28,457 nt of DNA from Bacteroidales bacterium (lineage in GTDB: Bacteria > Bacteroidota > Bacteroidia > Bacteroidales > DYOH01). The DNA is taken from positions 1 to 28,457 of the forward strand of contig DAOVUO010000001.1 in NCBI GenBank assembly GCA_030632545.1. The letters are read 5' to 3'. Positions 20,797 through 28,457 of the stretch are shown one piece after another. The translations under genes and the position numbers were made by a program. Every line of letters starts with the position of its first letter. Within the stretch, counting starts at the first letter, position 1. A model generated the notes under the pieces. That model was not told the origin of the DNA. It did not search any database and was given only the letters and a program-made list of their open reading frames with translations.

Positions 20797-20804
20797 CAAA
20801 AGTA
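20797..20804 (-). promoter_or_regulatory. Putative sigmaA -7 element for the lipoprotein gene
   Basis: Minus strand TACTTTTG in the 75-nt gap between the GH25 gene and the lipoprotein gene. Confidence 0.45.
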
Positions 20805-20835
20805 ACAAATATCGTTTTAAATAAAAGTTTTTAAA

Positions 20836-21507
20836 CTAAGGAATACATATTTTTCTTAAAAATGACATATCACCAGCAAAATAATTCAAGTCTACTGGAT
20901 GATCAATCCCATTCACTCTACCTTTATCCGTATACTGCCAAATATGCCACATAAAACCATCTGACAAAACAGGAACATTATTACTATATGCTGCTATCCA
21001 TAAAGGATAGCCAGGAAAATATCCAGAGAGATTATCGTTATAAAAACTTTTTCCTGTATATATTATGGGCTTAACTTTATATTTTTTCTCTGCTAATCTG
21101 AGCCATATTCTCACATTCTCTCTAATTTTTTGTTTATCAGGCAATTTAGAAGCTTGCTCAACATCAAGAATTGGAGGAAGATCGCCACTCTGTAATCTTA
21201 CATATTTAGAATAATTTTTAAACTGCTCAACTGGCGAACTATAAAAATTAAAAAAATGATAAGCACCTCTCACTAATCCAGCTTTTCTAATTAACTTCCA
21301 ATTATAATCAAAATAGGTGTCATGCCAATCAGTACCTTCAGTAGCCTTTACTATCGCAAAACTAATTTGCGTGTTTCTTACTGCACGCCAATCAATATCG
21401 TCCTGATAATGAGACACATCAACGCCAACTACTTGCGATGTATTTTCATCAGAATTACAAGAAAACAAAATAAATAGTAGAATAATAAACTGTGATATTT
21501 TATACAT
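20836..21507 (-). CDS. Glycoside hydrolase family 25 muramidase (lysozyme), predicted lipoprotein
   Basis: GVDVSHYQ, KATEG, RGAYHFF, catalytic DxE in ILDVE, IIYT, LWIAAY, WQYT..G.V.GI..VDLN; lipobox LFS-C. ATG at 21507 preferred over TTG at 21519. Confidence 0.9.
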   Translation of the reverse strand: MYKISQFIILLFILFSCNSDENTSQVVGVDVSHYQDDIDWRAVRNTQISFAIVKATEGTDWHDTYFDYNWKLIRKAGLVRGAYHFFNFYSSPVEQFKNYSKYVRLQSGDLPPILDVEQASKLPDKQKIRENVRIWLRLAEKKYKVKPIIYTGKSFYNDNLSGYFPGYPLWIAAYSNNVPVLSDGFMWHIWQYTDKGRVNGIDHPVDLNYFAGDMSFLRKICIP

Positions 21508-21582
21508 TTGTGCAAACAATTAAAATTTTAAACAAAAAAAATATTTTTTTTCTAAAAAACACTAATTTTTTAAAAAAATGTC

Positions 21583-21590
21583 TATATTTG
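21583..21590 (+). promoter_or_regulatory. Putative sigmaA -7 element for tRNA-Leu (and tig)
   Basis: TATATTTG(CA), 12 nt upstream of the tRNA 5' end, preceded by long A/T tracts. Confidence 0.7.
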
Positions 21591-21602
21591 CATCGCTAAA
21601 AA

Positions 21603-21684
21603 GCGGATGTGGCGTAATTGGTAGCCGCGCTAGACTTAGGATCTAGTGCCTCACGGCGTGGGGGTTCGAGTCCCTTCATCCGTA
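21603..21684 (+). tRNA. tRNA-Leu (anticodon TAG), CCA not encoded
   Basis: Acceptor stem GCGGATG/CATCCGT; D-loop TGGTA; anticodon arm CTAGA-CTTAGGA-TCTAG; long variable arm GCC-TCAC-GGC; T-arm GGGGG-TTCGAGT-CCCTT; discriminator A. Confidence 0.97.
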
Positions 21685-21691
21685 CTAAAAT

Positions 21692-21734
21692 GCCGCCTCT
21701 CTTACTTACAGGTAAGGTCTGGCGGTTTTTTTTT
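21692..21734 (+). terminator. Terminator-like hairpin between tRNA-Leu and tig
   Basis: CCGCC/GGCGG outer stem, CTTAC/GTAAG inner stem, small internal loop, followed by nine T. Confidence 0.6.
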
Positions 21735-21762
21735 AAATTTAAAAACTTTAAACTTTTGATTG

Positions 21763-23151
21763 ATGGATATCACAAGAGAAAATATTAGTGAACTCAACGA
21801 CATTATTAAAATTAAAATCGAGGAAAACGATTTTATAGAGGTTGTAGAAAAAGCACTTAAAGATTATAGAAAAAAAGCCAACCTTCCAGGTTTTCGTCCA
21901 GGACGTGTTCCAATGGGTTACATTAGGAAAGCCTATGGAAAATCTGCAAAAGCCGATGAAATTAATAAAATGCTTTCAGAGTCTTTATTCAATTATCTTA
22001 AAACAGAAAAAATACAATATCTTGGAGAACCAATTCCGTATCATTTAGAAAATGAGGATAAAGTAGATTTTGAAAACGACAAAGAATTTGAATTTGCCTT
22101 TGAAATTGGAATTTCGCCCGAAATTGAATTAGAATTAAATAATGAAACTATAATTAATTTCTACAAAGTTACTCCAGAAGAAAAGTATATTAACTCAACT
22201 ATTGAGGATAATCAGAAACGACTTTCTACTGAAACAGAAATTGATGAAATTTCGGAAGATGAAGATATGTTGCGTGCAGATTTTGCTCAAGTTGACGAAA
22301 ATAAAGCATTAATCGAAAATGGTGTAGTTGCATTAGATGTTTTAGTTGCCATTAATATGGTAAAAGATGATGAGCTAAAAGAAAAATTCAAAGGACTAAA
22401 AATAGGTGATTCTATAGATTTTAATCCTTTAAAGGCATTTGAAAACGAAACAGAAGTAGCTGCCTTACTTAAAATTGATAAGGAAAACACAGAAGGTTTA
22501 AATGCAGATTATTTATTATCCGTAAAAAAAATCATACGTTATACACCAGCCGAACTAAACGAAAAGTTTTATAAAGGTCTTTTTGGTGAAGAAACAACAG
22601 TTAGTAATGAGGAAGAATTAAAAGAAGAAATTAAAAAGAAAATTGCTCAAGAATTTGAGTCAGAATCTGAAGCACAATTCTTTTTAGATTTTAAGGATAA
22701 AATGATTACAGAGCTCGACATTAGTTTACCAATGGAGTTTTTGAAAAAATGGATAAAATTAGCTTCAAAAGAAAACAAAGAACTAGATGATGAGACATTT
22801 GACAAAGAATTTCCGAAATTTGCTGAAGATTTAAAATGGCAAATTATATCTGGAAATATTTTTCAAAAAAATGAATTAAAAGTTGACGATGCAGCAACGA
22901 ACAAAGCTGCTGAAGAACTTGTAATAGCTGATTTGAAAAGATATGGCTTACCTCCAGCTTCTATAAATGCGGAGCTCGTACAGCAATTTGTACATTCGAT
23001 GCTAGAAAAAGAAGAAGACAAAGAAAGAGTTAAAAGAAAAGCAGAACAAGAGGTACTTACTAATTTTATTAAAGCAACAATCAAACTAGACGAAAAAGAA
23101 ATTAGTATTGACGAGTTTAACGATTTGAATAAAACACTAGAAGAGAAATAA
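21763..23151 (+). CDS. tig: Trigger factor
   Basis: Ribosome-binding motif ANLPGFRPGRVPMG; N-terminal MDITRENISELN..IKIKIEENDF typical of Bacteroidota; acidic 460-aa chaperone. ATG at 21763 (TTG at 21760 is in frame). Confidence 0.95.
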   Translation: MDITRENISELNDIIKIKIEENDFIEVVEKALKDYRKKANLPGFRPGRVPMGYIRKAYGKSAKADEINKMLSESLFNYLKTEKIQYLGEPIPYHLENEDKVDFENDKEFEFAFEIGISPEIELELNNETIINFYKVTPEEKYINSTIEDNQKRLSTETEIDEISEDEDMLRADFAQVDENKALIENGVVALDVLVAINMVKDDELKEKFKGLKIGDSIDFNPLKAFENETEVAALLKIDKENTEGLNADYLLSVKKIIRYTPAELNEKFYKGLFGEETTVSNEEELKEEIKKKIAQEFESESEAQFFLDFKDKMITELDISLPMEFLKKWIKLASKENKELDDETFDKEFPKFAEDLKWQIISGNIFQKNELKVDDAATNKAAEELVIADLKRYGLPPASINAELVQQFVHSMLEKEEDKERVKRKAEQEVLTNFIKATIKLDEKEISIDEFNDLNKTLEEK

Positions 23152-23168
23152 CTTTCTTTTTGAACAAA

Positions 23169-23226
23169 ATATTTGAAATAAAAAAAACTTCTATCATTTG
23201 ATAGAAGTTTTTTTTATTTCAAATAT
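23169..23226. terminator. Perfect 27-bp inverted repeat; probable bidirectional terminator between convergent tig and rsmA
   Basis: ATATTTGAAATAAAAAAAACTTCTATC-ATTT-GATAGAAGTTTTTTTTATTTCAAATAT; a T8 tract follows the core stem on each strand. Confidence 0.85.
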
Positions 23227-23281
23227 GCAGAAAATATTGATTTAGAAAGACATATTGACGTAGGGGCTTAGAAACAATTTA

Positions 23282-24070
23282 TTATAGTTTTGATTTTATT
23301 ATTTTTTCAATGATATTGGTTAACTCTACAAACTCTTTAACCGAAAGTTGTTCTGGACGTTCAGTTGCAAATTTATCAGGTAAAGTTTCGCCTTGAGTTA
23401 ATCCTTTAAGTGAGTTCCTAAGCACTTTTCGGCGCTGATTAAAGCCTTGTTTAATTACTTGTTTAAATAATTTTTCGTTACAGCCTAAATTTAACTCTTT
23501 CTTTCTTATTAATCTTATAACCCCAGATTTTACTTTTGGTGGTGGTGTAAAAACATTTTCGTTTACTGTAAATAAATATTCAATATCATAATACGCTTGT
23601 AATAACACGCTTAATATTCCATAAATTTTCCCTCCTGGCTTAGCCGCAATTCTTTCAGCTACTTCTTTCTGAAACATTCCAACTAGCTGCGGAATTAATT
23701 CGTAATTTTCGTAAACCCTAAACAAAATTTGACTTGAAATATTATAAGGGAAATTCCCAATAATTGAAAACTGTTCGCCTTTAAAAAAATCGTTCAAATT
23801 GATTTTTAAGAAATCAACAGAATGAATAACATCTTGTTTATAAGGCCATTTATTTTTTAAAAAATCAACAGATTCTTTGTCAATCTCAATTAAATGCAAA
23901 TTTAACTCTTCAATTTCAAACAGAAAATCTGTTAAAACTCCCATTCCTGAACCAATTTCAACAACATTTTTACTCTGACTTATTACTAAGCTATCAACTA
24001 TCTGTTTAGCAATTCCTTTGTCATTCAAAAAATGTTGTCCTAAATGCTTTTTGGGTCTTACATTACTCAT
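23282..24070 (-). CDS. rsmA: 16S rRNA (A1518/A1519)-dimethyltransferase RsmA/KsgA
   Basis: PKKHLGQHFL, EIGSGMG, EID, GNFPYNISS, QKEVAERI, YGILSV, VFTPPPKVKS, QRRKVLRNSL, RPEQLS. Start MSNVRPKK at 24070 overlaps the upstream stop by 8 nt. Confidence 0.96.
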   Translation of the reverse strand: MSNVRPKKHLGQHFLNDKGIAKQIVDSLVISQSKNVVEIGSGMGVLTDFLFEIEELNLHLIEIDKESVDFLKNKWPYKQDVIHSVDFLKINLNDFFKGEQFSIIGNFPYNISSQILFRVYENYELIPQLVGMFQKEVAERIAAKPGGKIYGILSVLLQAYYDIEYLFTVNENVFTPPPKVKSGVIRLIRKKELNLGCNEKLFKQVIKQGFNQRRKVLRNSLKGLTQGETLPDKFATERPEQLSVKEFVELTNIIEKIIKSKL

Positions 24071-25226
24071 CGCTATCTCCTTCCTCAATAAAAATATATT
24101 CACCATCTACCTTAAACAGAGGTAGTTTAATTACTGCATTCTTCATTTTTTCTTCTATCTTCTTAATATCTCTCAAACGCTTTTCTTTTTCGGCAGGTTC
24201 TAAATTATTTAGGCTCTCACTTATTTCACCTTTTTGTGATTTTAAATCATTGAGCTTCCACTGCTGAACTTTCACTTGATCTTTGATAATTTCTAAGGAA
24301 TCAATAATTGATTTTTCCAATAATGCTGCGCTAGTTAAATTCTGCTTTGCCATTAATCCATCGTAAAACAAACTGATTATTTCCTTTATTTCATCTGTAT
24401 TATTATCACTTTTTAAATCAGCCACTACATCAACCACAATTTGATGAACAATATCTGAAATAGCATTTTTTAATGTAGATTCTATTGATGATCCGATTAA
24501 AGGAATTCTTGAAAGTGTTTTAATATCATTACTATTCTTTACAGCAGATTGTACTTTCACATCAACATATTCTTTTAAATCTTGATCAAATCTTTGAGAA
24601 AAACTCTCAAAAATCTCCTTTACTTTATTCGTTGTAATTTCAATAAGATTTTCCTTTCGAGGCAAAATTATGTCTGAATTTATCTTATCAAAAACAGGAG
24701 TCCCAGAGCCAATTTCTGTCTGTACCCCAGAAATAATATTCACAACAACCCTATCAGAAACTTCCTCGGACAAAATATTTATTAAACGGTTAAATTGTTT
24801 AAAAATAAGATTTTTAGAAATATCTATTAATTGCAATTTACTCAAACGTACAAAAATTGAAACTACTCTAAGCAAACGAAGCCACCGCAAACTTCCAACA
24901 GGAATACTCCCAAGTACATCATACCAATGCATTATTGGATAATAATACCACTTTTCGTAATCCTTATTTTTAATAGCTAAAATCCATTGAAAAATTATTT
25001 CAATAAAATAAAAGCCTACAAAATACAAATCATAAAGCCAAAATTGCTTATGAAGTGGCAAATAAAAAGCATGAAATCCTGTTAATTTTAAGTGTAAAAA
25101 ATTATTTACAGGTTCGTAAGCATAAATACTATCAAAAACTATCCAAATTAAATTAACAAACAATACTATTAAGACTACAATATCTACAAAAATAATTCTC
25201 AGAATTTGTTCTTTTGTTTTACTCAT
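24063..25226 (-). CDS. Ion_trans-like voltage-sensor (S1-S4) membrane protein lacking a pore domain, with a large soluble helical C-terminus
   Basis: S2 DLYFVGFYFIE, S3 WYDVLGSIP, S4 LRWLRLLRVVSIFVRLSK; no later TM pair or selectivity-filter motif. Likely start MSKTK at 25226 (ORF track gives 25241). Confidence 0.75.
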   Translation of the reverse strand: MSKTKEQILRIIFVDIVVLIVLFVNLIWIVFDSIYAYEPVNNFLHLKLTGFHAFYLPLHKQFWLYDLYFVGFYFIEIIFQWILAIKNKDYEKWYYYPIMHWYDVLGSIPVGSLRWLRLLRVVSIFVRLSKLQLIDISKNLIFKQFNRLINILSEEVSDRVVVNIISGVQTEIGSGTPVFDKINSDIILPRKENLIEITTNKVKEIFESFSQRFDQDLKEYVDVKVQSAVKNSNDIKTLSRIPLIGSSIESTLKNAISDIVHQIVVDVVADLKSDNNTDEIKEIISLFYDGLMAKQNLTSAALLEKSIIDSLEIIKDQVKVQQWKLNDLKSQKGEISESLNNLEPAEKEKRLRDIKKIEEKMKNAVIKLPLFKVDGEYIFIEEGDSDE

Positions 25227-25357
25227 TTTCTTATAATTCAATTTTCTCTAATTTCACAAATCAATCATAAATAAGTCACTATCAATATAAAAAGCACTCT
25301 TAAAAGAGTTTAAAATCAGACAATTGACGACTTTATAAAAAAAACTAAGCTTATGGT

Positions 25358-26089
25358 TTAGCTTAGAATAAATTCTACTTCCTTAAATAAATATAATCTA
25401 ATTTGCCCATTTTTATCATTAATCTTTAACCGTCCAATATCATCAACACCAACTATTTGTCCATTAAAAACTCCATTTTTATCCGAATAAGTACTCAATT
25501 GTTCAAAACCCAATAATACCGAATAATATTCTTGAAACAAAAACTGAATTTGATTTCTCTTCTCAAAATAAAAACTAAACGAATCTAAAAACTCATTTAA
25601 CAAATTACTTAAATTAAACTTTTTATCAGTAATCAAACCCAAAGAAGTTGCAGAACTTAGATATTCAGGAAATTTCATTTGATTAATATTTATTCCACAA
25701 CCTATTATCGAAGTAATAATATTAGATGCTCGTATAGTATTTTCTATCAACAATCCTGCTATTTTTTTATTATTTACATAAATGTCATTAGGCCATTTTA
25801 TCCATACATTTTTTGTATATTTTTCTATAACTCTATGAATTGCAAGTGAACTTATCATATTCAATAAAAACACTTTATCTATTGAAAAATCCATTTTTTG
25901 TAAAACTAAAGAAAAAGTTAAACTTTCACCAACACTACTCCACCATTTATTTTCTCTCAATCCTCTACCAGCAGTTTGCTTCTTCGCCCAAACAACAAAA
26001 GACTGTGAATTAGAGCTCTTTTTCAACAATTCTTGCGCATAATTATTGGTTGAATTAAGTTTATTTACCGTAATTAATTTATAATTCAT
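25358..26089 (-). CDS. birA: Biotin--[acetyl-CoA-carboxylase] ligase, without N-terminal DNA-binding HTH
   Basis: NSTN, QTAGRG...W, IKWPNDIY...KKIAGLLIEN, GCGININQ, C-terminal GVDDIGRL. Confidence 0.94.
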   Translation of the reverse strand: MNYKLITVNKLNSTNNYAQELLKKSSNSQSFVVWAKKQTAGRGLRENKWWSSVGESLTFSLVLQKMDFSIDKVFLLNMISSLAIHRVIEKYTKNVWIKWPNDIYVNNKKIAGLLIENTIRASNIITSIIGCGININQMKFPEYLSSATSLGLITDKKFNLSNLLNEFLDSFSFYFEKRNQIQFLFQEYYSVLLGFEQLSTYSDKNGVFNGQIVGVDDIGRLKINDKNGQIRLYLFKEVEFILS

Positions 26090-26138
26090 AAATAATATTA
26101 AAATAATAGATTTAAGTTTTTTTTATCGTTTCATTCTA

Positions 26139-26146
26139 CAAATTTA
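26139..26146 (-). promoter_or_regulatory. Putative sigmaA -7 element for the birA operon
   Basis: Minus strand TAAATTTG, 49 nt upstream of the birA ATG. Confidence 0.55.
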
Positions 26147-26148
26147 TG

Positions 26149-26156
26149 TAATTTTG
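26149..26156 (+). promoter_or_regulatory. Putative sigmaA -7 element for rsfS-ftsH
   Basis: TAATTTTG(C), 60 nt upstream of the rsfS ATG at 26217. Confidence 0.55.
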
Positions 26157-26216
26157 CCCATTATTTCTGTGTCAGATTATAACACATTTAAAAATATATT
26201 TAGTGAAGCAATTTTT

Positions 26217-26591
26217 ATGAAAAATAAAATCAAAAATCAAGAGTCCGAACTATTAGTTATTGAAATAATTGAAGCAATTCAACAAAAAAAAGGTAAAAAT
26301 ATAATTTCGCTTAATCTTGGAAAATTAGAACAATCAATTTGCGATTATTTTATAATTTGTCATGCCGATTCCACGACACAAGTCAACGCTATAGTTTTTG
26401 GTATTGAAGATTATTTGAAAAAAACACTGAATATAAAACCATTAAGCATAGAAGGAACGCAAAACTCACAATGGGTTTTATTGGACTACGGTGATGTTGT
26501 AGTTCATGTATTTTTGGAAGAATACCGTGGCTTTTATAAACTAGAAACGCTTTGGGCAGATGCCGAAGAAAAAAAACATACTGAAGTGTGA
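26217..26591 (+). CDS. rsfS: Ribosome silencing factor RsfS (Iojap)
   Basis: KKGKNI, CDYFIICHADSTTQVNAI, EG...SQWVLLDYGDVVVHVF..EYRGFYKLETLW. Start set at MKNKIK because the ORF-track start (26154) lies inside the promoter element. Confidence 0.93.
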   Translation: MKNKIKNQESELLVIEIIEAIQQKKGKNIISLNLGKLEQSICDYFIICHADSTTQVNAIVFGIEDYLKKTLNIKPLSIEGTQNSQWVLLDYGDVVVHVFLEEYRGFYKLETLWADAEEKKHTEV

Positions 26592-26695
26592 CAATCTAGC
26601 ATAAAAAAACTATTAAAACTGCCGATTCTTCATATAATTAATTTTGGTATAAGAATTGGCATAACTTCTACTAATTTTCATTTTTTTGAATAATA

Positions 26696-28457
26696 ATGAC
26701 TACAAACGATAATTCCGAAAACAAAAATAAGCTTAAACCAACCGGTTTCAATAACAATAATCTATGGATTATTGGATTAATTGTTGCCGCTTTATTTGCA
26801 CTACAGTTATTTAATTTAGGCTCAAATGCCAAAGAAATTACTTGGGTTGAATTTGAGCGAGATATATTAAGAAATCATGAGGTAGAAAAAATTGTTATTG
26901 TTAATCGCGAACGCGCCGAAGTTTTCTTAAATACTAATGCCTTAAAATCAGGAAAATATACTGATGATTTAAATAATGGTTTTGGTAGCATGAGCTCAGG
27001 TGGACCACATTTCTTTTTTACAATAGGTTCTATAGAAATGTTTGAAAAAAGGATTGAGCAATCTCAAGCCAATTTTAGTGCAGAGCAACAAGTTGAAGTA
27101 AGCTATGAAACACGTAAAGATATTGTGGGTGAATTAATAGGTTGGCTGTTTCCAATTATTATTCTAGTCGCAATTTGGCTATTTATCTTCAGAAAAATGA
27201 GTGGTGGTGCTGGTGGTGGCGGTGCTGGAAATATTTTCAGTATTGGAAAATCAAAAGCAAAAATATTTAATAAAGAAGACGATAAAGTAAAAACTAATTT
27301 TAACGATGTTGCTGGTTTAGAAGAAGCAAAAGTTGAAATTTCTGAAATTGTAGATTTCTTAAAAACACCTGAAAAATATACTGCGTTAGGTGGAAAAATC
27401 CCTAAAGGTGCTCTTTTAGTTGGCCCTCCAGGCACAGGAAAAACGCTTTTGGCAAAAGCCGTTGCAGGCGAAGCGGATGTACCATTTTTCTCTCTATCAG
27501 GTTCAGATTTTGTAGAAATGTTTGTTGGTGTTGGAGCGTCAAGAGTTAGAGATTTATTTGCTCAAGCAAAGCAAAAATCGCCATGTATTATCTTTATTGA
27601 TGAAATTGATGCAATTGGCCGTGCTAGAGGGAAAAACCCAAATATGGGCTCAAATGACGAACGAGAAAACACATTAAATCAGCTACTTACAGAAATGGAC
27701 GGTTTTGATACTAATGCTGGTGTAATAATTCTTGCAGCCACCAACCGTGCAGATGTTCTTGACCCAGCCCTGTTAAGAGCAGGACGTTTTGACAGACAAA
27801 TTAGCGTTGAAATGCCTGACTTAAACGAAAGAAAAGAAATTTTCTTAGTTCACATGAAACCTTTAAAATTATCTGAAAGTGTAAATCACATATTTTTAGC
27901 AAAACAAACACCTGGTTTTTCAGGAGCAGATATTGCAAACATTTGTAATGAAGCTGCACTTATAGCAGCTAGAAATGGTAAAAAACAAATCGAAAAACAA
28001 GATTTTCTTGATGCTGTAGATAGAATCATTGGAGGACTTGAAAAACGATCAAAAATAATATCTCCTTCTGAAAAAAAGCGCATTGCGTACCATGAAGCAG
28101 GACATGCTACAGTAAGTTGGTTTTCTGAGCATGCTCACCCATTAGTTAAAATAACTATCGTACCTCGTGGCAAAGCACTTGGTGCAGCTTGGTATCTACC
28201 TGAGGAAAGACAATTAAACACAACTGAGCAGATGCTAGATGAAATGTGTGCAACTCTCGGGGGAAGAGAATCAGAAGAACTTACTTTTGGGAATATATCC
28301 ACTGGAGCACTAAACGACTTAGAAAAAGTTAATAAACAAGCATTTGCAATTGTTGCATATTTTGGTATGAGTGATGAGCTTAAAAATATTTGTTTTTACG
28401 ATTCTACTGGAAGGAATGAGTACTCATTTAACAAGCCATACAGTGAAAAAACGGGTG
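26696..28457 (+). CDS. ftsH: ATP-dependent zinc metalloprotease FtsH (3' end runs off the window; absent from the ORF track)
   Basis: Manual translation from ATG 26696: two TMs, Gly-rich linker, [14 protein letters not shown], Walker [56 protein letters not shown], zinc motif HEAGH at about 28090. Confidence 0.96.
   Translation, partial: MTTNDNSENKNKLKPTGFNNNNLWIIGLIVAALFALQLFNLGSNAKEITWVEFERDILRNHEVEKIVIVNRERAEVFLNTNALKSGKYTDDLNNGFGSMSSGGPHFFFTIGSIEMFEKRIEQSQANFSAEQQVEVSYETRKDIVGELIGWLFPIIILVAIWLFIFRKMSGGAGGGGAGNIFSIGKSKAKIFNKEDDKVKTNFNDVAGLEEAKVEISEIVDFLKTPEKYTALGGKIPKGALLVGPPGTGKTLLAKAVAGEADVPFFSLSGSDFVEMFVGVGASRVRDLFAQAKQKSPCIIFIDEIDAIGRARGKNPNMGSNDERENTLNQLLTEMDGFDTNAGVIILAATNRADVLDPALLRAGRFDRQISVEMPDLNERKEIFLVHMKPLKLSESVNHIFLAKQTPGFSGADIANICNEAALIAARNGKKQIEKQDFLDAVDRIIGGLEKRSKIISPSEKKRIAYHEAGHATVSWFSEHAHPLVKITIVPRGKALGAAWYLPEERQLNTTEQMLDEMCATLGGRESEELTFGNISTGALNDLEKVNKQAFAIVAYFGMSDELKNICFYDSTGRNEYSFNKPYSEKTG

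Noticed and set aside
21520-21580. A/T-tract palindromes upstream of the tRNA promoter
   Set aside because: Homopolymer tracts typical of AT-rich upstream promoter regions; they carry little information.
21603-21684. tRNA-Leu as a possible integration site for an island containing the GH25 and lipoprotein genes
   Set aside because: No integrase and no duplicated tRNA 3' end were seen, and the candidate genes lie on the 5' side of the tRNA.
7515-23164. 9-bp inverted match TTCAAAAAG (7515-7523) / CTTTTTGAA (23156-23164) in the two candidate inversion junctions
   Set aside because: It does not extend, and a match this short is expected by chance between two AT-rich spacers.
3200-23269. 9-mer TAGGGGCTT found in two intergenic regions (3200-3208 minus, 23261-23269 plus)
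   Set aside because: Only two short copies with no shared flanks; not enough for a dispersed repeat.
27200-27232. GGT-rich quasi-repeat in ftsH
   Set aside because: It encodes the ordinary Gly-rich linker after TM2 of FtsH.
2036-28083. Short antisense or alternative-frame ORFs in the track (e.g. 2036-2266, 4331-4696, 4802-5173, 14590-14949, 27103-27435, 27886-28083)
   Set aside because: All lie within or largely overlap well-supported genes, have no recognisable motifs, and are the expected shadow ORFs.

Overview
AT-rich (roughly 30% GC by eye), gene-dense core-chromosome segment from a Bacteroidota genome, most likely Bacteroidales-type. The assignment rests on TAnnTTTG -7 promoter elements, the long RodA, the HTH-less BirA and the birA <> rsfS-ftsH layout. 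On the minus strand from the left: TPR/SpoIIE-PP2C membrane sensor, acyl-ACP thioesterase, sigma54-type response regulator, clpX, clpP, a 723-aa KamA-family radical SAM enzyme, rodA, mrdA, mreD, an unknown 2-TM protein, valS, two outer-membrane beta-barrels, an unknown lipoprotein and a GH25 muramidase lipoprotein. Then tRNA-Leu(TAG) and tig (+); rsmA, a voltage-sensor-domain protein and birA (-); rsfS and a truncated ftsH (+). No integrase, transposase, phage gene or CRISPR array is visible. Best leads: (1) the KamA homologue has Lys/Asn where lysine 2,3-aminomutase has its two lysine-binding Asp residues, the glutamate 2,3-aminomutase signature; (2) an S1-S4 voltage sensor with no pore domain is fused to a large cytoplasmic helical domain and overlaps rsmA; (3) mreD-mrdA-rodA lacks mreB/mreC and is fused behind valS and an unknown membrane protein; (4) tig is separated from clpP-clpX in a way one ~16 kb inversion would undo. 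All family assignments come from motif recognition by eye; no database searches were run.
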